Positions 40,916 to 46,123 of a stretch of DNA of 46,123 bases are shown piece after piece. The stretch comes from Candidatus Calescibacterium sp. (GTDB lineage Bacteria > Calescibacteriota > Calescibacteriia > Calescibacteriales > Calescibacteriaceae), in NCBI GenBank assembly GCA_032249135.1, contig JAVVGL010000016.1, forward strand, positions 1-46,123. The letters run 5' to 3'. The position numbers were made by a program, and so were the translations under genes. Below the pieces are notes generated by a model. That model was given only the letters and a program-made list of their open reading frames with translations. It made no database searches and had not been told where the DNA came from. Position 1 is the stretch's first letter; the number at the start of each line of letters is the position of its first letter.

Positions 40916-42860
40916 TTTCCTTTATTCTACGTGGGACTTCGTGAGGCGCTATAAAATCTCCTGAATCTTCCAAAGGCCACCATTTCCTTACAATGGTTGA
41001 AACCATATCAGATGGCGGAGGAATATTCTCAGGAGGAGGAATTTTGTTCACTTTCGCATCAACTTGCAAAAACCCTGAACCTTCAAATGGAGCATCTTTG
41101 AACTCAATACCAAAAGTATCTTTTACTGGACGATTTATTCCAGGAATTCCAGCAGTTCTGACATATGTTTCTGATGAGAAATTGGCAACTTGCTCATCAT
41201 AAAGAGCCATCCTATACAAAATCTGCTTTGGAACTATGCCAAATTTTTCACTGCCTTTTATTATATATGGAGCAAAAGTTATAGGGTCAACTATATCAAA
41301 AATAATCTGCGCCAAACCTATTATTTTTTTTAGTTCAAGCTCCCAATTACCTTCTTGATATCCGAAAAGAGCTTTGAGCCTATCCCAACTTACATTTCTT
41401 TCAAGCATAGATGTCCAAATAGAACCACCAACATCAAGAACACCCCTTTTTACATCATTTGTGAGAGCCATAAATGTACCACCTTGAATAGCTCCATTCG
41501 AAATTCCATAATATACAATATCACCTATTTCCGGTAATTCCCCTACTTTATTTTTTACTTCATTCCAAAATTCCTGTTTTTTTGCAAGTAAAGCAAGAGC
41601 TAAAAAGTTTGAGTGTCCCTGTTTGAGATTTAAAACTATATAGTAAAGTACATCTATCATATTTTTTTGCTTTGAAGTTGCAAATTGAGATATAGTGCCT
41701 AATGCATCTCTATTTATTCCTATCCACTCAGTTGCTATAATAATAACACACATATAATCTGCAACATAAAGCAGGTGATTTGCATCAAGCTCTCTCACAG
41801 AACCAAACAATCCATGTCCAAAAATCATAACTTTGATTTTTTCACCTTGATCCTTTTTCTTTTTAGCACATTCCGGAATGTTCATGAGAAATTTCGCTTC
41901 AAAGAGTTCAGATGGATTATCATATTTTGGGATATGAAACCTACCTTCAACAGATTTCATTATAAGCTTTCTGTAACTATCTGGTAAATCTTTATATTTT
42001 TCTCTATCATCATACGGATAAGTTTCTACCCTATCTACAACGAAAGTTATTCTGTTTGAATTCTCATAAATTGTATCTCTTACCTTCTTCATATGCTCTG
42101 CAATTATTTTTTCGTCGGAAGCAGTTGGGAAATCCCAAGCTACAAAAATATCTTCTTTTTTTATGCCGTTCTTTTCAAGAAAACTTACAATATCAGAAAA
42201 GTGTTTCAACCAAAATTCAGGGTCTTGATTTGAATTAGCAAAAGCTATCTTTTTACCTTCAACAAAAGCTTTAAAGAAAGCCGGTTGATTCAAATCTTTC
42301 CCATCCGAACTCTTTATACCTTTTTTCATAACAACAATATATCTTGAAGAAGGTTTCATTCTTTTCAAGGGTCTTATATAAAGTATTTGGTAAGGTGGAT
42401 TTGCCCTTGCATCTGGCTCAACAAGAACAGGAATTCTCTCTCCCGTACCCCATTCTATAACCTGAACCAGAGAATCTGAACTTAAAGTTTCAGTAGGTTT
42501 TGGTAAGCCCTCTCGTGAGAAACCTTTTGGATGCCAGAAAATTATCTGGTTAGCAGGTGAAAATCCTTCAAAAGAATTCACAAAAGATAAATCAAGTTGA
42601 GGATAACCTTCTGGAATCTTGACAAGCTCAGCCGGAACCGAAACTTTGCCTGAGAAAAAAAATTGAGTAAAGGGGAAAGGGAAAAAACATTCATTTTTTA
42701 CCTCCTCCGGCACATCATCATATTTTGATAATATGTTGCAGTTTTGAGAGGGAAAAGATATAGTAATCGTTTCCTCTTTTTGTGATTGTGAGCAGCTTTG
42801 GAGAAAAAAGATAAAATAGAAAAACAAGCTAATAGAGAGAATAAACCTAAACTTCTTCAT
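40836..42860 (-). CDS. Lipoprotein with N-terminal Ig-like/lipase-N region and C-terminal alpha/beta-hydrolase domain
   Basis: Start MKKFRF at 42860, lipobox LQSC, GFSP, FGHGLFG, nucleophile elbow GISNG.IQG, DPITFA, D..V.N, C-terminal His (PHE). Confidence 0.65.
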   Translation of the reverse strand: MKKFRFILSISLFFYFIFFLQSCSQSQKEETITISFPSQNCNILSKYDDVPEEVKNECFFPFPFTQFFFSGKVSVPAELVKIPEGYPQLDLSFVNSFEGFSPANQIIFWHPKGFSREGLPKPTETLSSDSLVQVIEWGTGERIPVLVEPDARANPPYQILYIRPLKRMKPSSRYIVVMKKGIKSSDGKDLNQPAFFKAFVEGKKIAFANSNQDPEFWLKHFSDIVSFLEKNGIKKEDIFVAWDFPTASDEKIIAEHMKKVRDTIYENSNRITFVVDRVETYPYDDREKYKDLPDSYRKLIMKSVEGRFHIPKYDNPSELFEAKFLMNIPECAKKKKDQGEKIKVMIFGHGLFGSVRELDANHLLYVADYMCVIIIATEWIGINRDALGTISQFATSKQKNMIDVLYYIVLNLKQGHSNFLALALLAKKQEFWNEVKNKVGELPEIGDIVYYGISNGAIQGGTFMALTNDVKRGVLDVGGSIWTSMLERNVSWDRLKALFGYQEGNWELELKKIIGLAQIIFDIVDPITFAPYIIKGSEKFGIVPKQILYRMALYDEQVANFSSETYVRTAGIPGINRPVKDTFGIEFKDAPFEGSGFLQVDAKVNKIPPPENIPPPSDMVSTIVRKWWPLEDSGDFIAPHEVPRRIKEIIEMQRRFYEEGKIYQLCSDNICDPN

Positions 42861-43037
42861 ACACAAAAATTTTAAAAAATTTCCCAAAAATTAATCAAGA
42901 TTTACAAAAAAAAGCGTAATGACAAGCTTTTTCTAAAAACCCCGACCTCACAGATTCCTGACTTCTCCATCAAAAATGATTATTGGTTTTTTATAGAGAA
43001 AGAAAAATAAAACACACATCTTGACTACTGTTAAGTT

Positions 43038-44345
43038 ATGAAGAAGAGGAAAAAACTATTAAATTATTGTCTAATCTGTATAATTTTTATCTTTCTTCAT
43101 CTACCCATAAGATTAATAAGAGGAGTAGTAATGTGTTATGAGTTTCCATTTCATATTGATAGTAATAAGATTTATTATCCTGATTGGCATAGGAAAATAT
43201 TGTTCGCTCATTCAAAAGAAAACTGTTCAATTGTCCAGAGGATCTCAGGTATAGAAAGTTTTTTTCGTTTCCTTCTTGGTGACGAAAACTATTTTTTTAA
43301 TTTTCCCGAAAAAGGATATATGGAAGTTATTGATAAGCAAAAAGGTGAAAAAATTTTTTCACAGAAACTCACCTTACCAATATATATATTTGGACATCAT
43401 TACCATATATCTCCGGAAAATATTTGGTTGACGGGAGAGTATCTTTCAGGTGATTTTTACCAAGAATCTCTCTTAAGAATAAACAGGAAAAATTTCAAAG
43501 TCGATATTTTCCCCATATGTAGGGATTGTGCAGTGCGTATAGTCTCCGAAAAACCGATATATTATCCATTCGAACCTATAGGAGGTTATTCAAATTCAAA
43601 AGAGATGGGAAAAGAATTTTTGTTATTAGCTGAGGAACTTTCGTGGATGAAGGAGAAAAAAGGAGAACCAATTAGGATACAGGTTTTTTCTGTAAAAGAT
43701 GAAAGAGATGAAGAATTATCAATGGAAAAGATAGCCGATTTTCAGGTTCCATCCACTTTAGATCCGTTTGAATTGAAGGGTGTATGGAAAGATAGAGTTT
43801 TTATATATTCATATAACCTTACCCCTCCTACTCTTTTTGTTTTTTCATTTGATGGGAATATCTTGGCATCTTTTGAAGTCAAAAAGAAATATCTTTATTT
43901 TTTGTACAGGACAATTTTGTTTCCTGAGGATGAAGGAATAAAGATTTTAAAACTAAAGGAAGATGGCGAGTATGAACTTCATTTTATAAGATTAGAAGAT
44001 GAAAGAGGAAAAGATGTTTGGCTTTTAGGTCAAGATGGGAATACAGTTCTTATTCACTATTATAACTGGGGATATGAAGGAAATTTTTATATTCTTGACC
44101 TTGGGTCTTTGGAATTAAGAAAAATCAATTTAGGTATTTCTAAATTATCTTTTCTATCAGTTGCTATTGAAGATGGTAGCATATTTATTTTAGATGTTGA
44201 AGGGAGGATATTTAGGAAGGTATCAGTTGATGGAACTATTTTATGTGAGCAAAAGATAGAGGAATTGAGATTATGTCCAGAAGCTGCTTGTGATTTCTAT
44301 TTTTTCTGTCTTCCTTTATGTCCCATTTTTTCTGTCTTACCTTAG
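43038..44345 (+). CDS. Hypothetical membrane-anchored/secreted protein, beta-rich, Cys-rich C-terminus
   Basis: 435-aa ORF with a basic plus hydrophobic N-terminus, repeated short beta-strand-like segments; stop codon lies inside the left TIR-like sequence. Confidence 0.6.
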   Translation: MKKRKKLLNYCLICIIFIFLHLPIRLIRGVVMCYEFPFHIDSNKIYYPDWHRKILFAHSKENCSIVQRISGIESFFRFLLGDENYFFNFPEKGYMEVIDKQKGEKIFSQKLTLPIYIFGHHYHISPENIWLTGEYLSGDFYQESLLRINRKNFKVDIFPICRDCAVRIVSEKPIYYPFEPIGGYSNSKEMGKEFLLLAEELSWMKEKKGEPIRIQVFSVKDERDEELSMEKIADFQVPSTLDPFELKGVWKDRVFIYSYNLTPPTLFVFSFDGNILASFEVKKKYLYFLYRTILFPEDEGIKILKLKEDGEYELHFIRLEDERGKDVWLLGQDGNTVLIHYYNWGYEGNFYILDLGSLELRKINLGISKLSFLSVAIEDGSIFILDVEGRIFRKVSVDGTILCEQKIEELRLCPEAACDFYFFCLPLCPIFSVLP

Positions 44346-44474
44346 TTATCATCAAAAAATTTTTATGTTTTAGAGGAACTCTTTATGTGTTAGAAATTTG
44401 TTTCTATTATCTTTGATAAGCCCTATGATAATATGTATCAAAAAATACTTAAAAAATTTGATGGGAACTAGGGG
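44339..44474. mobile_element. 136-bp MITE-like / internally deleted IS remnant
   Basis: Left end ACCTTAGTTATCATCAAA versus reverse complement of right end CCCCTAGTTCCCATCAAA; right end shares 21 identical bp with 34-54. Confidence 0.55.
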
Positions 44475-44551
44475 TTGATTTTTATCTTATATTATATATG
44501 GTTAAAATCACAGAACATTATTGATATTTTGGTAGAAGTTTGTATTATTAT

Positions 44552-45178
44552 TCAGTTGTCTTTGGTGTTGTTGGTTCTTTCCTTAATACCTGAAAGAATA
44601 ATTTCTGAAAATGTGTCTGCTATTTCTTCTGCCGAATATTTTCCATCTTTTGAGAACCAAATATATACCCAGTTTATCATTCCCAAAATTGCAAAACCTA
44701 TTAATTTGCTATCTAAATCTTTTCTTATTTCTCTTTTTTCTTGACCTTCCCTTATAATTGTTCTCAGAAAGTTTTCATATTCATCTCTGAAAATCATAAC
44801 TTTTTTCTTCCATTTTTCAGGTAGAGATTTATATTCGCTGAAAAACACGGCTGCCTTATCTAAATTTTTGGTCATTATTTTGATGTGATTTTTGATGAAC
44901 CTTTTTAGCTTTTCCACTGGATTTATATTTTCTTTCATGAGTTTTCTTATCATATCAAGGAACATCTGACCTTCTGTTTCTATGAGCATATAAAGTATTT
45001 CGTCTTTGTTTTTTACCCAGTAGTATATTGCTCCCTTTTCAAGTCCAAGGGCATCGGATATATCTTGAATTGAAGTTGCTTTAAAACCTTTTTCTCTGAA
45101 AAGCTTTGCAGCAACTTCTAAAATCTCTTTTGCTCTATTTTTATATCTCCTTACCCCCCTTATTCCAGATACTGCCAT
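44552..45178 (-). CDS. TetR/AcrR family regulator (KstR2-like C-terminal domain)
   Basis: ILEVAAKLFREKGFKATSIQDISDALGLEKGAIYYW.KNKDEIL; ILGMINW.YIWF..DG. Confidence 0.92.
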   Translation of the reverse strand: MAVSGIRGVRRYKNRAKEILEVAAKLFREKGFKATSIQDISDALGLEKGAIYYWVKNKDEILYMLIETEGQMFLDMIRKLMKENINPVEKLKRFIKNHIKIMTKNLDKAAVFFSEYKSLPEKWKKKVMIFRDEYENFLRTIIREGQEKREIRKDLDSKLIGFAILGMINWVYIWFSKDGKYSAEEIADTFSEIILSGIKERTNNTKDN

Positions 45179-45299
45179 CTCTTTTTCCTTTATATTTCTT
45201 TCTTTTCCCTTTCCTTTTTCTCTGTAATTAAATCTTTAATTTGAGAAAAAATTTTTTGTTTAATTTAGAATTTTTTGTATAGGATTGGGGTTTTAACAA

Positions 45300-46123
45300 G
45301 TGGTCAAAAAATGGGGGAAGAAAGTAAAAACAAGGAAAAAGAGGAAAAGAAAAAGAAGAGAAAAAAAAAGATTGAGATTAAAGGAAGAAAAAGAAAGTAG
45401 CGAAGAAGTAGGGGGAAAGATAGATTTGGAGGGTGAGGAAGATTACCTCTCAAAAGGTATAAACTTATATGCGATTGGTTCAGAAGGTATAGCTTTATAT
45501 GTGCTCGGCGAATATGATGAAGCATTTTATCTCTTTGATAAAGCAATCAAGTTAAATCCAAATGATTATTATTTTTATTACTGGCGAGGACGAATTTACT
45601 TTGAAAAAAGATTATATGATCAAGCTATTCAAGATTTTGATAAAGCAATTAGATTAAAGTCAAACGTCCATTCTTATTACTGGCGGGGACGAGCTTATTT
45701 CGAGAAATGTTTATATGACAAAGCCATTGAAGATTTTACGAAATGTATTAAATTGCATCCGAAAAATGGTGAATTTTACTACATGAGGGGTCAAGCTTAC
45801 TTTAAGAGAAAATTATATAGAGAGGCAGTACGAGACTTTAATAAAGCAATTAAATTAAATCCAAATTATGATGAAGCTTTGAAGGCAAAAAAAGAAGTTG
45901 AGAAATTGCTGAAATCTGAAGAAGGAAGTAGGACGAAAGAGGAAAAAAAAGAGATAAAAAAATTAGAGGAAAGGGTAAGTGCGGAGAGTAATCCGAATAA
46001 TGCTGATTTCTACTACCATCGTGGCAGGGCTTATTTTGAGAAAGGTTTATACAATGAAGCTATTGAATGCTTTACAAAAGCTATTGAACTGAAACCTGAT
46101 GAGGCTTATTTCTACGGCTGGCG
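45300..46123 (+). CDS. TPR-repeat protein, truncated by the window end (absent from the ORF track)
   Basis: Open frame from GTG 45300 to the end with repeats YYWRGRIYFEKRLYDQAIQDFDKAIRL, YYWRGRAYFEKCLYDKAIEDFTKCIKLHP, YYMRGQAYF..., YYHRGRAYFEKGLYNEAIECFTKAIELKP; start codon uncertain. Confidence 0.85.
   Translation, partial: MVKKWGKKVKTRKKRKRKRREKKRLRLKEEKESSEEVGGKIDLEGEEDYLSKGINLYAIGSEGIALYVLGEYDEAFYLFDKAIKLNPNDYYFYYWRGRIYFEKRLYDQAIQDFDKAIRLKSNVHSYYWRGRAYFEKCLYDKAIEDFTKCIKLHPKNGEFYYMRGQAYFKRKLYREAVRDFNKAIKLNPNYDEALKAKKEVEKLLKSEEGSRTKEEKKEIKKLEERVSAESNPNNADFYYHRGRAYFEKGLYNEAIECFTKAIELKPDEAYFYGW

Overview
AT-rich (about one-third G+C by eye), purine-loaded chromosomal segment of a probably (hyper)thermophilic bacterium. 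Support for thermophily: an intact reverse gyrase, a family-4 uracil-DNA glycosylase, a 5S rRNA of about 67% G+C and Lys/Glu-rich proteins. Most of the window is housekeeping genes in broken-up operons: lone sdhA/frdA, valS, prmC, an orphan 5S rRNA, rpoA-rplQ, uvrB, argG, nuoJKLMN, rgy, cobU, fusA-rpsJ-rplC-rplD-rplW-rplB (no tuf, no rpsS onward), tRNA-Ala(GGC), groES-groEL and manC. Accessory material includes a disrupted GT-C-type membrane glycosyltransferase, a second decayed ORF, a sulfotransferase-like protein, an alpha/beta-hydrolase lipoprotein, TPR proteins, and IS982-like ends with a 136-bp MITE-like derivative. The most novel locus is 34961-36543. It holds a tandem winged-HTH gene, a spacer with CACAT motifs at an exact 20-bp period, tRNA-Ala, and a 177-aa protein that aligns by eye along its length with plant Whirly ssDNA-binding proteins and ends in an SSB-like acidic tail (EEEILF). 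No CRISPR array was seen. All calls come from motif recognition by eye; no database search was run.
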